Shown here: in pieces, positions 9,493 through 19,855 of the stretch
How positions within the stretch are numbered: position 1 is the stretch's first letter
How the letters are laid out: each line of letters starts with the position of its first letter
NCBI GenBank assembly: GCA_030432405.1
Contig: JAUIHG010000001.1
Coordinates: forward strand, 5,908 to 69,907
Length of the DNA stretch: 64,000 nt
Direction: 5' to 3'
Origin: Bacteroidia bacterium
GTDB lineage: Bacteria > Bacteroidota > Bacteroidia > Chitinophagales > BACL12
The notes under the pieces: generated by a model
The model's database searches: none
The model's input: the letters and a program-made list of their open reading frames with translations, nothing else
What the model was told of the DNA's origin: nothing
Program-made: the position numbers and the translations under genes

Positions 9493-10128
9493 ATGTGCAC
9501 GGCTTCTTTTCATTTGGGCATTGACTTTGGCGCCAAGCGCTCCGGCACAACCGCGTTGGTACACAACCGGGAAGACCGGCTCACTGTGTTGCGCTGTGCC
9601 AAAAACGAAGACGCCGATGCCTTTCTGGAACGCTCGGTTGCCGCACTCAGCGGTGGCGAAGCAGCGGCCATCTACATCGATGCACCGCTGAGTTTGCCGC
9701 GGGTGCTGCACGGGCTTTCAGCAGATGGGCCGACGGATGCGCAGGCCGATCCAGCCATGGCCGATTGGTTTTTCCGCGCCGCCGACCGCGCGTTGGGCGC
9801 CATGTCGCCGATGTTTCTGGGCGGGCTGAGTGCCCGGGCCATGAAACTGGCCTGGACCTGGCGGCGGGAGGGCCACACCGTGGTTGAAACCTGGCCGCGC
9901 GGAATGGTCCGGCTGCTGGAACTGGAGGGCTACCGGGCTAAAGACCGCGGCGCGGTGCAGGGCTTTCTGGAACGGCATGCCGCGCTGCTTGGCCTCCCAC
10001 AGCCCTTGCCCGCTTTGCGCGACCAGCACGAATTGGACGCCGTGCTGGCCTGGGCCAGTGGGCTTCGCCACAGGCGGGGCATTGGTAGCGCCTTCGGCGA
10101 ACCCGACGAGGGGCTGATCCACCTTTGA
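9493..10128 (+). CDS. DUF429 family protein (predicted RNase H-like fold)
   Basis: GIDFG, IDAPLSLP, R..DR, ETWP, HELDA motifs. Confidence 0.75.
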   Translation: MCTASFHLGIDFGAKRSGTTALVHNREDRLTVLRCAKNEDADAFLERSVAALSGGEAAAIYIDAPLSLPRVLHGLSADGPTDAQADPAMADWFFRAADRALGAMSPMFLGGLSARAMKLAWTWRREGHTVVETWPRGMVRLLELEGYRAKDRGAVQGFLERHAALLGLPQPLPALRDQHELDAVLAWASGLRHRRGIGSAFGEPDEGLIHL

Positions 10129-10184
10129 GCCCGCGGGCAACACGGAACAGGCAACCATCCGTGCGGCTCGCGTGTTGCATGGTC

Positions 10185-11636
10185 ATGTCCGAAGCAAGCC
10201 TGGTTTTTCCGCACCAATTGTTCCACCCCCACCCGGCGCTGGACCGCGACCGGCCCGTGTACCTGCTGGAGGACGATTTGTTTTTCGGGCAGTTGGACTT
10301 TCATCCGCTCAAACGCATCCTGCACCGCGCGTCGATGAAAGCCTACCAGGATGAACTGGAGGCCGATGGCTACACAGTGCAGTATGTGGACCATGCGGGT
10401 CTTGGAAAGCTCACGGAATGGATACAGCAACAGGACGTGGACCGCTGGCATTGGAGCGATCCCTGCGACTACCTGCTGGAACGGCGGCTCCAACGTGCCG
10501 CTCCGGATGGCGTGGTGCATCACGGTCGCGGTTTTCTGCTGAACCGGGAAGAAGCCTTGGAGCGGCTCAAGGCCGGCAAGCGTTACCACCAAACGGATTT
10601 TTACCAGCGCCAGCGCAAGCAGTTTAACCTGTTGATGGACGGCGGCGAACCGCTGGGCGGCAAATGGACCTACGACACCGAAAATCGAAAAAAGCTGCCC
10701 AAGGACCTGGAGCCACCTCACCCCTGGATTCCGGGTGCAAACGCCCATACCAAAGCAGCGGTCGAATACGTGGCGAAGACCTGGGGTGCGGATCGCTCTG
10801 TGGGCGACAACTTTCCCTGGCCGGTCACCCGGAAAGACGCGCGCAAGGTTTTGGAAGACTTTGTCGAAAACCGCTTGCACGCCTTTGGCGACTACCAGGA
10901 CGCCCTGGACCCGAACCACCCGTTTGTTTTTCACGGGCTGCTGACGCCAGCGCTGAACATCGGCCTGCTGGAACCCATGGAGGTCATCAAAGCGGCTCTG
11001 GACCGCCACGACGCCGACCCTGTACCCATCAATGCCTTGGAGGGTTTTGTCCGGCAGGTGTTGGGCTGGCGCGAATACCTGCGGGCGGTATACGTGGAGG
11101 AAGGCACCGCGCAGCGCACGCGCAATTTTTGGGGTTTTGAGGAGGGCCTGCCCAAGGCTTTCGCCGAAGGCAAAACGGGTTGGCCTCCGGTGGACGATGT
11201 GCTGCGGAAGGTGGACCGCTACGCCTACGCCCACCACATCGAACGGCTCATGGTGCTGGGCAATGTGCTCCTGTTGACCGAAACGCATCCCGATGCGGTG
11301 TACCGTTTTTTCATGGCGCGGTTTATCGACGCCTACGATTGGGTGATGGTGCCCAACGTCTACGGCATGAGCCAGTACGCCGATGGCGGGCTGATCACCA
11401 CCAAGCCCTACCTGAGCGGTTCCAACTACATCCGCAAACAAAGCCACTACAAAAAAGGCGACTGGTGTGCCGAATGGGATGCCTTGTATTGGCGTTTCAT
11501 TTGGGTGCACCGCGAGGTCTTTGCAGACAATCCACGCATGTCCATGATGGCCCGGATGGTCGAAAAGATGGGCAGCGTAAAGCGAAAAAGCCACCTGGAT
11601 CGGGCCGAGGCCGTACTCGAGCGTTGGCGGAAATAA
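10185..11636 (+). CDS. Bacterial (6-4) photolyase/CryPro family, Fe-S-free type
   Basis: LVFPHQLF, GGKWTYDTENRK, FGDYQDA, EGFVRQVLGWREY, YAHHIERLM, DAYDWVMVPNVYGM, TKPY. Confidence 0.9.
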   Translation: MSEASLVFPHQLFHPHPALDRDRPVYLLEDDLFFGQLDFHPLKRILHRASMKAYQDELEADGYTVQYVDHAGLGKLTEWIQQQDVDRWHWSDPCDYLLERRLQRAAPDGVVHHGRGFLLNREEALERLKAGKRYHQTDFYQRQRKQFNLLMDGGEPLGGKWTYDTENRKKLPKDLEPPHPWIPGANAHTKAAVEYVAKTWGADRSVGDNFPWPVTRKDARKVLEDFVENRLHAFGDYQDALDPNHPFVFHGLLTPALNIGLLEPMEVIKAALDRHDADPVPINALEGFVRQVLGWREYLRAVYVEEGTAQRTRNFWGFEEGLPKAFAEGKTGWPPVDDVLRKVDRYAYAHHIERLMVLGNVLLLTETHPDAVYRFFMARFIDAYDWVMVPNVYGMSQYADGGLITTKPYLSGSNYIRKQSHYKKGDWCAEWDALYWRFIWVHREVFADNPRMSMMARMVEKMGSVKRKSHLDRAEAVLERWRK

Positions 11637-11742
11637 GGGCGTGACCACCAGCAGCGCGCGACCGTCAAGGTCCAGGTGCCCAGCGCTTCAAGCGCCCGCT
11701 GGACAGCGCGTTCGGCCACGGACTTTGGCGCACCTTTGCGCC

Positions 11743-12468
11743 ATGCTGGCCACCACCAAAGGCATCGTCCTGCGCCAAACCCGATACGGGGACTCCAGCT
11801 TGATCCTTCAGGTCTATACCCGGGAGTACGGCAGCGTCGGTTGCGTGGTCAGCGGGGTGCGCTCCGCGCGAAGCCGCCACAAGGCCGCCCTCTACCAGCC
11901 CATGAGCCTGCTCGACCTGGTGCTCTATTTCAAGGAAGACCGGGACCTGCAGCGCATCAAGGAAGCGCGCTTCGAGCGGGTCTACGGCCGAGTGCCCTTT
12001 GAGCCTGGTCGCCGGGCGGTGGGTTTGTTCATGGCCGAAGTCCTCTTGCGCGCCTTGCGCGAAGAACCGCCCCACCCCGAGCTCTACGACTTTGTGGAAC
12101 AAGCGTTCCACAACCTGGATGCCTGCTCGCGCGGTTTCAGCGCCATGCCCCATGCCTTCCTGCTGGGCATCAGCGACCGCATGGGCTTTGCTCCCCAGGG
12201 CAGGCCATCCGAGGATACGCCCTGGTTTGATCTGCAGGACGGCGTTTTTTGCCGCAACCGGCCCACACACGGCGCGCTGCTGCGGCCGGAAGAAGGCGCC
12301 TGGCTCATCGAAGCCGCCGGCTTTGACTGGAGCGCGCCCCAGCCCCTGCGCATGGACCCCACGCAACGGCAAATCCTGCTTGACCGCCTGCTGCGCTACA
12401 TGGCCTTCCACGTGCACGGCTTCGGCGTGCTGCGCAGCCCGGAGGTGTTTCGGGAGTTGGGGGGTTAG
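11743..12468 (+). CDS. recO: DNA repair protein RecO
   Basis: MLATTKGIVLRQTRYGDSSLI..YT...G; FDLQDGVF; LRSPEV C-terminus typical of Bacteroidota RecO. Confidence 0.9.
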   Translation: MLATTKGIVLRQTRYGDSSLILQVYTREYGSVGCVVSGVRSARSRHKAALYQPMSLLDLVLYFKEDRDLQRIKEARFERVYGRVPFEPGRRAVGLFMAEVLLRALREEPPHPELYDFVEQAFHNLDACSRGFSAMPHAFLLGISDRMGFAPQGRPSEDTPWFDLQDGVFCRNRPTHGALLRPEEGAWLIEAAGFDWSAPQPLRMDPTQRQILLDRLLRYMAFHVHGFGVLRSPEVFRELGG

Positions 12469-14432
12469 GGTTGGGCATCCTCTATGTCCACCTCGATGCG
12501 GTAGACGGCCGGAATGCCTTCGCCGGGAGGCATGGTCTGTACGTAGACCTTCTTCATCCGTTCAAAACGGTCAAGCGCTGTCCAGGAATCCACCCAGATC
12601 AAAACCGGATCAGGGTACAGCTTTCCATGTTCCGCACTGTAATAAGGCCACTCCATCCGGTGGTCCTTTCGAGCGTCAACCGGAACACTGGGCAGCAGGT
12701 TGGGTTTGGCCAGCACCCAAAGCGGATACTCCCAGGCATCCGCACTCAAGAGCAGCGCTGGAATGGTGTTGTTGGATCGGGTGCGCACCATCAGCGCTGC
12801 CCGCTCCCGGTATGGCGCTTCCAATTCCGGCCAGGTGGCAAAATATTGGCTGCTGCGGGGTGTGGTGAAAATGCTCTGCGCGCCAAACCAGGGGCGGGAA
12901 TAATTGGCCCACCAATAGGGTGCGGCGCTCGTCAGCAGCACAAGGCCCAATGCGGCACCCGGAATGCGGGGAAGTCGGGCCAGCCAGGCGCCGATCGGCA
13001 CCGCGCCCAGCAACAGCAAGGGCAGCATCAGGCGCATGTGCCAGACCTGCCACCGCAGGGCCAGGCCAAAACCGAAAAAAAGCAGCCACCAGGCCAGCGT
13101 ATAGCCCTGCATGGGACGGCACCATGTTTTGGAACGGTTGGTCCAAATGGCCAGGCTCGCGGCAATCAGCAGCAAAAAGAAGACCGGTGCGGGCGCATAG
13201 TCTTCCTGCATGAGGTGTTCGCGGTCGCCGAAGGCGACCACATCAAACGCCGGCGTCCAGGGCCAGGTGGCGTCCGGGTCGTGCAGGTCGCGGCCCATCA
13301 GGCCATGGAAAGCGCCGGTGGCGTCGTGCAGCAAGCGGTTGGCCGCTTTTGAAGGGGTGCGCAGCAGCCAGGCCGCATTGCGCGCGCTGTTGCCCAGGCC
13401 CACGCCCAGGCCGTATTTGGCGTTGGCCAGTTGGTAGTCCGGGCCCAAAATGCTCCCGTAGGTGCCCGCGTTGCGGTAGGCATGCGGCGCGTTCAGTGCG
13501 GCCACACTCAGCACGGCCAATACCGCCAACAGCAGCGGACGCCAAAGCCCCATCATTTTCCGCCCTAGGGATGCCTCCGCATCACGCCCCATCCATTCCT
13601 GGCCCGCCAAGGCCAGCAACCACAGCCCCAAAAGGGGTGGGACCAGCAACAGCGCCGTACCCTTGGTCCACCAGGCCATTGCCATGCCCAGCATGGCCAA
13701 TGCCGCGTCGCCACGCCGCCGGTGCTGCACATGGCGCAGCGCAGCTACAGCGGACCAGATCAGCACCGCACCCAGGATCAAATCGTTTTGCGTGGAACTC
13801 TGCTGGAGCAGGAACATCGGCAGGCATGCCGCCGCAAAAACCGTCCAAGCGCCGGCGCGCCGGCGAAGCCCTTCACTCCAGGCGCCCGGCCAAAACCCGG
13901 CCCCCAGCTCCCGCAGCCCCAGCAGCGCAAAAAGCCCGGCGGTCCATTGCACCAGGTTGGCCAGGCGGTCGCCGCCGGTGAGGACGTAGCCGTGCAGGAT
14001 GGCGTATTCGCCGGCAGGCGGTTGGGAAAGTTGGCGGCTGATGCCGGTGTGGTAGAAATCCACGCTCCCGCGCGAAGCCCATTGGGCCACCCGCGCCAGG
14101 TGGTAGACCATGGAGTCCCAGTTGTTGGGGGCGGCAACCAGTGCGGTGACCAAGGTGCAGACCAGCGCGATGGCGGCGGTGATCAACAGCACGCCGGAAG
14201 TTCCCCGCCAGGTTGCCCGTGCGCACCAAAAGGAGCCGGCAGATGCGCGGATTGGAAACCAGCGGAGGTGCAGGGCCGCGGGCACGAGAAAGAGTACCCA
14301 GCACAGCAGGAGCGTCCAGCGGTTTATGGACGCAGCCAGGCTCAACACTTCCACCGATACCGCCGACCAGGCATACGCCAACAGGGCCAGATAGCCCAGG
14401 CGCAGCACCGCTGGACGAGCAGGACCCTCCAT
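12465..14432 (-). CDS. GT-C fold membrane glycosyltransferase (ArnT/family 39-like)
   Basis: Many TM helices; PNNWDSMVYHLARV, STQNDL, TKGT motifs. Confidence 0.75.
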   Translation of the reverse strand: MEGPARPAVLRLGYLALLAYAWSAVSVEVLSLAASINRWTLLLCWVLFLVPAALHLRWFPIRASAGSFWCARATWRGTSGVLLITAAIALVCTLVTALVAAPNNWDSMVYHLARVAQWASRGSVDFYHTGISRQLSQPPAGEYAILHGYVLTGGDRLANLVQWTAGLFALLGLRELGAGFWPGAWSEGLRRRAGAWTVFAAACLPMFLLQQSSTQNDLILGAVLIWSAVAALRHVQHRRRGDAALAMLGMAMAWWTKGTALLLVPPLLGLWLLALAGQEWMGRDAEASLGRKMMGLWRPLLLAVLAVLSVAALNAPHAYRNAGTYGSILGPDYQLANAKYGLGVGLGNSARNAAWLLRTPSKAANRLLHDATGAFHGLMGRDLHDPDATWPWTPAFDVVAFGDREHLMQEDYAPAPVFFLLLIAASLAIWTNRSKTWCRPMQGYTLAWWLLFFGFGLALRWQVWHMRLMLPLLLLGAVPIGAWLARLPRIPGAALGLVLLTSAAPYWWANYSRPWFGAQSIFTTPRSSQYFATWPELEAPYRERAALMVRTRSNNTIPALLLSADAWEYPLWVLAKPNLLPSVPVDARKDHRMEWPYYSAEHGKLYPDPVLIWVDSWTALDRFERMKKVYVQTMPPGEGIPAVYRIEVDIEDAQP

Positions 14433-14433
14433 A

Positions 14434-15180
14434 TCAATCGTAGCTCTCCAGATGGATCTGCTTGCGGTTGTAGCCCATGCCCTTGAGGTTGCGGCGTGCT
14501 TCGTTGATCATGTCGCCCCAACCGCAAATGAAAAAACGCAGGTCTTCGCCGCCGTGGCGGCCCTGCACCAGACGCTCGTAGACGGGGTGCACGTAGCCCT
14601 GCTCCAGGCCCTCGACGGCCTGGCGGGAGAGTGTGGGGTGGTAGTGGAAGCCGTCAAGCTCACGCTCCAACTGGCGGAATTCGTCGGCGTAGAGCATGTG
14701 CTCCTGCGTGCGGCAACCAAACACCAAATGCATGTCCCGGTGCAGGCGCGGGTGCGCCTTGAGGTCCAACAGCATGCTGCGGAATGGTCCAACGCCCGTG
14801 CCCGTGGCGATGAACACCAGGTCCTCGGCAATGGGCCCGCGCTCCTCCGCGTTGGGCAAAACCATACGGCCCATCGGGTCGGAAATCCGGACGGCATCGC
14901 CCGGTTTGGCCTGGTCAAACAGCCAGGCCGTACCCGCTCCGCCTTCCAGGCGAACGATGGCAAACTCGATCCGGTTGGAACCGTCCGGGCGCGAGGCGAT
15001 CGAATAGGAGCGGCTGCATTTGGCCGGGTCTTCGTGAATGGGCATTTCCACCTTGACAAACTGGCCAGGCAGAAAATCAAAGGCCTCCACGTCCGTGACC
15101 TCAAAAACAAAGGTTTGGGTGTTCGGGCTCAGCGGCTGCGCCTCCACAAATCGGGCTTGGTGCCATGCGGGTTTGGGCAT
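14434..15180 (-). CDS. FAD/NAD(P)-binding oxidoreductase (ferredoxin-NADP reductase-like)
   Basis: FLPGQF, RSYSIAS, IATGTGVGPFRSM, FICGW, HLESYD. Confidence 0.92.
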   Translation of the reverse strand: MPKPAWHQARFVEAQPLSPNTQTFVFEVTDVEAFDFLPGQFVKVEMPIHEDPAKCSRSYSIASRPDGSNRIEFAIVRLEGGAGTAWLFDQAKPGDAVRISDPMGRMVLPNAEERGPIAEDLVFIATGTGVGPFRSMLLDLKAHPRLHRDMHLVFGCRTQEHMLYADEFRQLERELDGFHYHPTLSRQAVEGLEQGYVHPVYERLVQGRHGGEDLRFFICGWGDMINEARRNLKGMGYNRKQIHLESYD

Positions 15181-15184
15181 GCGG

Positions 15185-15192
15185 CAAAAGTA
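15185..15192 (-). promoter_or_regulatory. Bacteroidota sigma70 -7 element TACTTTTG
   Basis: Exact TAnnTTTG match 4 nt before ATG 15180. Confidence 0.65.
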
Positions 15193-15432
15193 CGGAGGCA
15201 CAGCCCAGTACCATGGGCTGCGCAAGACGCCACCGGCAAGCCAGGTCAAGTCCGTTCGATGCACGCGTTCGAACACGCCTTGTGCGATGGGCACACGGGC
15301 GCACGCACGTTTTGCCATGGGTTTTCAGGCATCGGGGTTCAGGAACCGGGCTTTGCCGTGCCTGCACTTTGGCCAGCAGCGCATGCAGCATCCGGAAACA
15401 CAACCTGTGCTGTCCAGGCAGGGCCATATGGC

Positions 15433-16569
15433 CTATTCGCCACCGATGTACACCTGAATGGTTTTCACGCTTGTCGTGTTGGCGTACTGAAGGAGATAAA
15501 GGCCTTCAGCGCAGCGGGAGGGCAGGTGCACCTGCAACAGGCCTTCCCCCACGGGATCTGCCGGTAGATCGGCAAAGACCAGGGCGCCCTTTGTGTCGAA
15601 GAGCTGCACTTGCAGCGGCTCAGGCCCAGCCGCATGGTGTAGGAAGAATGTTGTACGCACCGGGTTTGGCCAAACCCTGGGTTCATCTGGCGGCAGGGAA
15701 TGACCCGCTTCGTTCAAGCCCACCGGCGGCAAAATCCCGCTGATCAACCTGATGGCCTTGGTGTTGTATTCCGATATGTACAGGGAGTCGCCCGTTGCGC
15801 TTATGGAAATGCCGTTTGGGCTGTTGAACAGTGCCGTATCCAGACCACCGTCCACCGCCCCTTGCGTAGAGCCCGCATAAACCGTCCATTCGGCCGTGTT
15901 GATGTCGATGCGGTAGATCTGATGGGTGAAAACGCCTGTGGCGTAGATATAGGAGCCAAACCTGGCGATGTGTCCAAGGCTCGAAGTGGGCAGCGTACAA
16001 AAGGTATACACGGAGTCGTCGGGTGCTTTGCGCACGATGCGTCCGCTGTAATAATTGGCCGTATACAAGTTGTTTGCGTCGTCCCACAACATCGATACCG
16101 GCGCATTGAACAGGGGACTGGACAGGTACAGGCTCGTATCGCCGTTTGGCGCAAGGCAATACAGGCTGTTGGTGAAAACACTGCTCACCAAAAGCGAATC
16201 AGAGCCCGGCATTCGGACAAGTCCCGCTGGATTGGGGATCATGCTGGTCAACAAGGTCTGGGTTTCATCTACCGGGTCAAACAAGACAATACGATGACCC
16301 TGGCTTTCCGCGACCGCAATGCGGCCATCGGACAGTTCTGCCATTTCCGAGGGACTGTCCAAAGCATCAAGGACGGGCACCGCTGCTCCCGGAGCGAACG
16401 TATTGAGCGTGCCGTTGTCATAGCCCGTCCCATACAAAACACCGTTGGCGGCCCTGAACAGTGCCTCGTCTATCCCTGAGCCCCCTGGCAAAATGGTGCT
16501 CACCGTTTGTGCGCACAGCAGGTGCACATGCAAAAGTGTCCATACGCCGATCCATGCAGTTCTTTTCAT
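15433..16569 (-). CDS. T9SS-secreted beta-propeller (NHL/SGL-like) protein
   Basis: Signal peptide; repeats such as FNAPVSM and FNSPNGI, GAVDG; CTD VWPNP...GLYLL...KTIQV. Confidence 0.85.
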   Translation of the reverse strand: MKRTAWIGVWTLLHVHLLCAQTVSTILPGGSGIDEALFRAANGVLYGTGYDNGTLNTFAPGAAVPVLDALDSPSEMAELSDGRIAVAESQGHRIVLFDPVDETQTLLTSMIPNPAGLVRMPGSDSLLVSSVFTNSLYCLAPNGDTSLYLSSPLFNAPVSMLWDDANNLYTANYYSGRIVRKAPDDSVYTFCTLPTSSLGHIARFGSYIYATGVFTHQIYRIDINTAEWTVYAGSTQGAVDGGLDTALFNSPNGISISATGDSLYISEYNTKAIRLISGILPPVGLNEAGHSLPPDEPRVWPNPVRTTFFLHHAAGPEPLQVQLFDTKGALVFADLPADPVGEGLLQVHLPSRCAEGLYLLQYANTTSVKTIQVYIGGE

Positions 16570-16623
16570 GTCAAAAGCAAAATTCGACATGCCCCTGATT
16601 GGAAAATTGTATGAAATCGTAGC

Positions 16624-17412
16624 TCAAAAAATATCGTCCTGGATGCCGGACGGTTGGGCGAAATACGCTTTCGGGGAAAAGCCGGTGTAGGCCCTGAAGG
16701 CACGAATCATGTGGGCCTGATCGTAGTAACCGCTCGCATAGGCCAGGTCGGTCAGCGTCAGGTTCCTGGCCCTGAAGGTCTTGATGCAGTGGACAAAGCG
16801 GACCAACCCGCAATACGCCTTAGGTGTAAGCCCCAGAAAGGTCTTGAACTTGTTTTCCAACGTCTTTGTACTGATGTTGAGCTGTTTGCACAATCGCCCC
16901 AACTGGATATTGCCATGGCGTTGTTCGATCCTGGTCTTTGCGTATTGAAAGGCAGCATGGTCCGTTGTGCTGGAAACCGACCACTTTTTTGCGATAAACC
17001 GATGGATCAGGTCAAGCCGTTCAGCGGTGGTCGTCTGGTCAAACAGCTGGCCTTCAAACTGCTCAAACTGGCGGCCGAATGCGTCTTCAGGGAGCACGCT
17101 TTGATCCCGAAATTCAAAAGCAGGAATGCCGGTCAACTGGAAGATTTTATCCGCTTTGAAGCGGATGGAGATCAACGGACTGCCTTCCAGGGAGATGTCC
17201 TGCCATGTGGTTTTAAGCCCCGAGAAGTGGCTGGATACGGTCATGGTGCTGTCGCGCTGGGACAAGCGCCTTGTGAACCGCTTGTCGGTGATGATCAATT
17301 CCACGGTATTGTCCGGTACGATGCGGTTGAAGACACCCTGGTTGCGCGGAATGGAGAAATAGTGCTCCACAAAAACACAATCGACAACAGCATCCAATGC
17401 TCTGCCCGGCAT
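16624..17412 (-). CDS. AraC family regulator (DUF6597-type N-terminus); start uncertain
   Basis: IVPDNTVELI; KTLENKFK..LGLTPK; LTDLAYASGYYDQAHMIRAFRAYTGFSPK. Confidence 0.9.
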   Translation of the reverse strand: MPGRALDAVVDCVFVEHYFSIPRNQGVFNRIVPDNTVELIITDKRFTRRLSQRDSTMTVSSHFSGLKTTWQDISLEGSPLISIRFKADKIFQLTGIPAFEFRDQSVLPEDAFGRQFEQFEGQLFDQTTTAERLDLIHRFIAKKWSVSSTTDHAAFQYAKTRIEQRHGNIQLGRLCKQLNISTKTLENKFKTFLGLTPKAYCGLVRFVHCIKTFRARNLTLTDLAYASGYYDQAHMIRAFRAYTGFSPKAYFAQPSGIQDDIF

Positions 17413-17661
17413 ATACCATACACCGTGCCGCTTTCCGCAAGCCATCGGAGCGGTGGGGCCTGTGGAATCGTGACCTAAGCTGTTTATCAAAATGCGTGTT
17501 TGCCCATCATCCTGAATGCCCATGCAAGACCCTGCTGCTCCGGCGTACCACATATGGCCCGCAAAGGGATGGCCCCATAAGGCGCCGGCGTGGGCTGGGC
17601 ATGGCTGGCCCACAAGCACCCTGGGCTTTAAATTGAGGGCACGCTCCCTGGCATGTGCCAC

Positions 17662-17690
17662 AGGGCTGTCACCTTTCGGGAAACAGCCCT
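17662..17690. other. Intergenic stem-loop (possible terminator)
   Basis: AGGGCTGT...ACAGCCCT inverted repeat, GAAA loop on the minus strand; no U-tract. Confidence 0.4.
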
Positions 17691-17796
17691 CGTTTGGTGG
17701 AAGGCATCGACGGAGCCCAATACCCGGCCTCGACCCCCGTATACCCGGGCATCGCGCGTCTGCGTTGTTTCGGATAGGGGTATAAAGCGCGGGTGC

Positions 17797-18726
17797 TTAT
17801 TCGGACCAATCGAGCAAGGCTTCGATGAACTGGTCCTGCTGATCGATGTAGACGTTGTGGGAGCATCGGTCCAGATACCGAAGCCGATCGGGACCGATGA
17901 GGGTGCCCAAGGCTTTCGCCTGTTCAGGCGAATACAGACCGTCGTCTTTGCCGTACAGTCCAAACACGGGAACCTCCTTTTCGACCAGTTCCCGCAATAC
18001 CGGTTTCAGGTTGAGCGTGGTGTAGGCTTCGTTTTTCGAATACGCAAAGGGGGCTGCATAGGTCGTCTTGGAAGCGTATTGCTGCAGCACCGTATCGGTG
18101 GCAAATGCCTTGTACAAACGCCGGGCGTCTTCGGTGATGTCCTCCGGCGCATAGAACCCATTTTGCATGGCGTGCATCAAACAGTACGTGCTGTACTGCA
18201 AGGAACTCGTATCCATGCGCTCCAACTCCGCGATGTAGTTCAAATTGACGCTGTCGTTGTTGGCGGCATATATGGCCTTGCTGCTGGATAGAATGGTCTC
18301 GAAGGATTCCTGCATGACCACCGGAGCGCTGACCAATACGACCGACTGCACGTCTTCCGGATGCTGTTGGGCATACAGAGCCGCCAGAACGCCCCCGAAA
18401 CTGTGCCCGATCAGCATTGGGTCGTCGGCCTCCAGCGAATCCAACAGGCGCTCCAGGTCCCCAAGGGTTTGCTCAAACGTGAAGGCGGCATGCGCATCGA
18501 CGCTGCGTCCGACGCCCCGCCTGTCGTACACCAGCACAAAAAACCCCGCTTCGGCCAGGACTTCCGCGGTGGTCTGTTCGAAAACCGCACTGTTGTACCC
18601 CGGCCCACCGTGCAAGAAGACCACAGGCTGATCTTCCGGCTGGCCATGGGTTTTCACATAGAGCCCCTGGGCATGCAGCGCGAAGCCCGTAAACACCGCA
18701 GCGGCAATTCCGAAAATACGTTTCAT
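17797..18726 (-). CDS. Secreted alpha/beta hydrolase (proline iminopeptidase-like)
   Basis: Signal peptide; HGGPG, YDRRGVGRS, GHSFGG nucleophile elbow, C-terminal SH. Confidence 0.9.
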   Translation of the reverse strand: MKRIFGIAAAVFTGFALHAQGLYVKTHGQPEDQPVVFLHGGPGYNSAVFEQTTAEVLAEAGFFVLVYDRRGVGRSVDAHAAFTFEQTLGDLERLLDSLEADDPMLIGHSFGGVLAALYAQQHPEDVQSVVLVSAPVVMQESFETILSSSKAIYAANNDSVNLNYIAELERMDTSSLQYSTYCLMHAMQNGFYAPEDITEDARRLYKAFATDTVLQQYASKTTYAAPFAYSKNEAYTTLNLKPVLRELVEKEVPVFGLYGKDDGLYSPEQAKALGTLIGPDRLRYLDRCSHNVYIDQQDQFIEALLDWSE

Positions 18727-18966
18727 CCAGTCGCTTCCGATTAAGGTCAGAAAGGGCAGCAACGCGTGGGTCCGCATTGCCCGCTATACAAAGCGGAACA
18801 GGCGCGCTGTACGGGTGTTGGCCGTCCCCCAGGTCAAGGGCTTCGCGCGAGCGCGATGCGATGGCGCGATGCGGTGGAAAGATAGCGGGCGCACGGCACC
18901 ATGACCCTGGTCAACCGTATCGAAATGCCGCGTCATTGCCCCGCAAGCCATTGGGTCGGAGCTTCC

Positions 18967-19851
18967 ATGCACCCAAAACCGCGTGCCATGACCCGTGCTG
19001 CATCCTCCCGAACCGACCGCCCCGTGCAGGCCTGGCTTGCCATTGTGGTGATCCCCGTGGCCCTGGTGGCCGCCTGGGCCATCTACCGCTTCATCCTCGG
19101 CAACCCCGCAAACTTTGTGGGTGGAGATCCGGCAGGCGAACCGCTGACGGGCAATTACCTGGGCGTCATCCACAAAGGCGGTCCGATCGTGATTCTTTTG
19201 ATCGCCTTCCAGGTCATTCTGCTCACCTACGTGGTGGAGCGATTTCTGACCATCCGACAGGCCTGGGGCGGCGGCTCGGTGACCGCCTTTTTGGCGCGCA
19301 TCAAACCGCTCATCGAACAGGGGCAACACGCCAAGGCCCTGGAAGCTTGCGACGCACACCGCGGCTCGGTGGCCAGCGTGGTCCGCAACGGCCTGGCCAC
19401 CTACGGGGAACTGGCCGCGGACCCCGGTAAAACGGAAGACGAAAAAGTGCTGCTGCTCCAACATGATTTGGAAGAGGCCACACAGCTCGAACTGCCGCCG
19501 CTGAACAACAACCTGCCGGTGATTGCGACCCTCGCGCAGATCGCCACGCTCATCGGTCTGCTGGGTACGGTCACCGGGATGATCAAGGCCTTTGCGGCCC
19601 TGGCGCGCGTGGGTTCGCCGGACGCCGTAGGCCTGGCCGGCGGCATCAGCCAGGCGCTGGTGACCACGGCGCTCGGCATCTCCACAGCTGCGGTGGCCAT
19701 TGTCTTCCACAACCTCTTTGCCGGGCGGATCGCCAAGATCACCCACGCCATCGACGAGGCCACTTACGCGGTGCTGCACGCCTTCCAGGTGCGCGATGCC
19801 CGCCAGCGCGCCAACACCAAGGCCGATACCAAAGCCCGACCCAACGCATAG
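18967..19851 (+). CDS. exbB: MotA/TolQ/ExbB proton channel; start uncertain (18901/18967/18988)
   Basis: GNP.NF, HKGGPIV, ATLIGLLGTVTGMIKAF, GISQALVTTALGI. Confidence 0.92.
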   Translation: MHPKPRAMTRAASSRTDRPVQAWLAIVVIPVALVAAWAIYRFILGNPANFVGGDPAGEPLTGNYLGVIHKGGPIVILLIAFQVILLTYVVERFLTIRQAWGGGSVTAFLARIKPLIEQGQHAKALEACDAHRGSVASVVRNGLATYGELAADPGKTEDEKVLLLQHDLEEATQLELPPLNNNLPVIATLAQIATLIGLLGTVTGMIKAFAALARVGSPDAVGLAGGISQALVTTALGISTAAVAIVFHNLFAGRIAKITHAIDEATYAVLHAFQVRDARQRANTKADTKARPNA

Positions 19852-19855
19852 CGCC

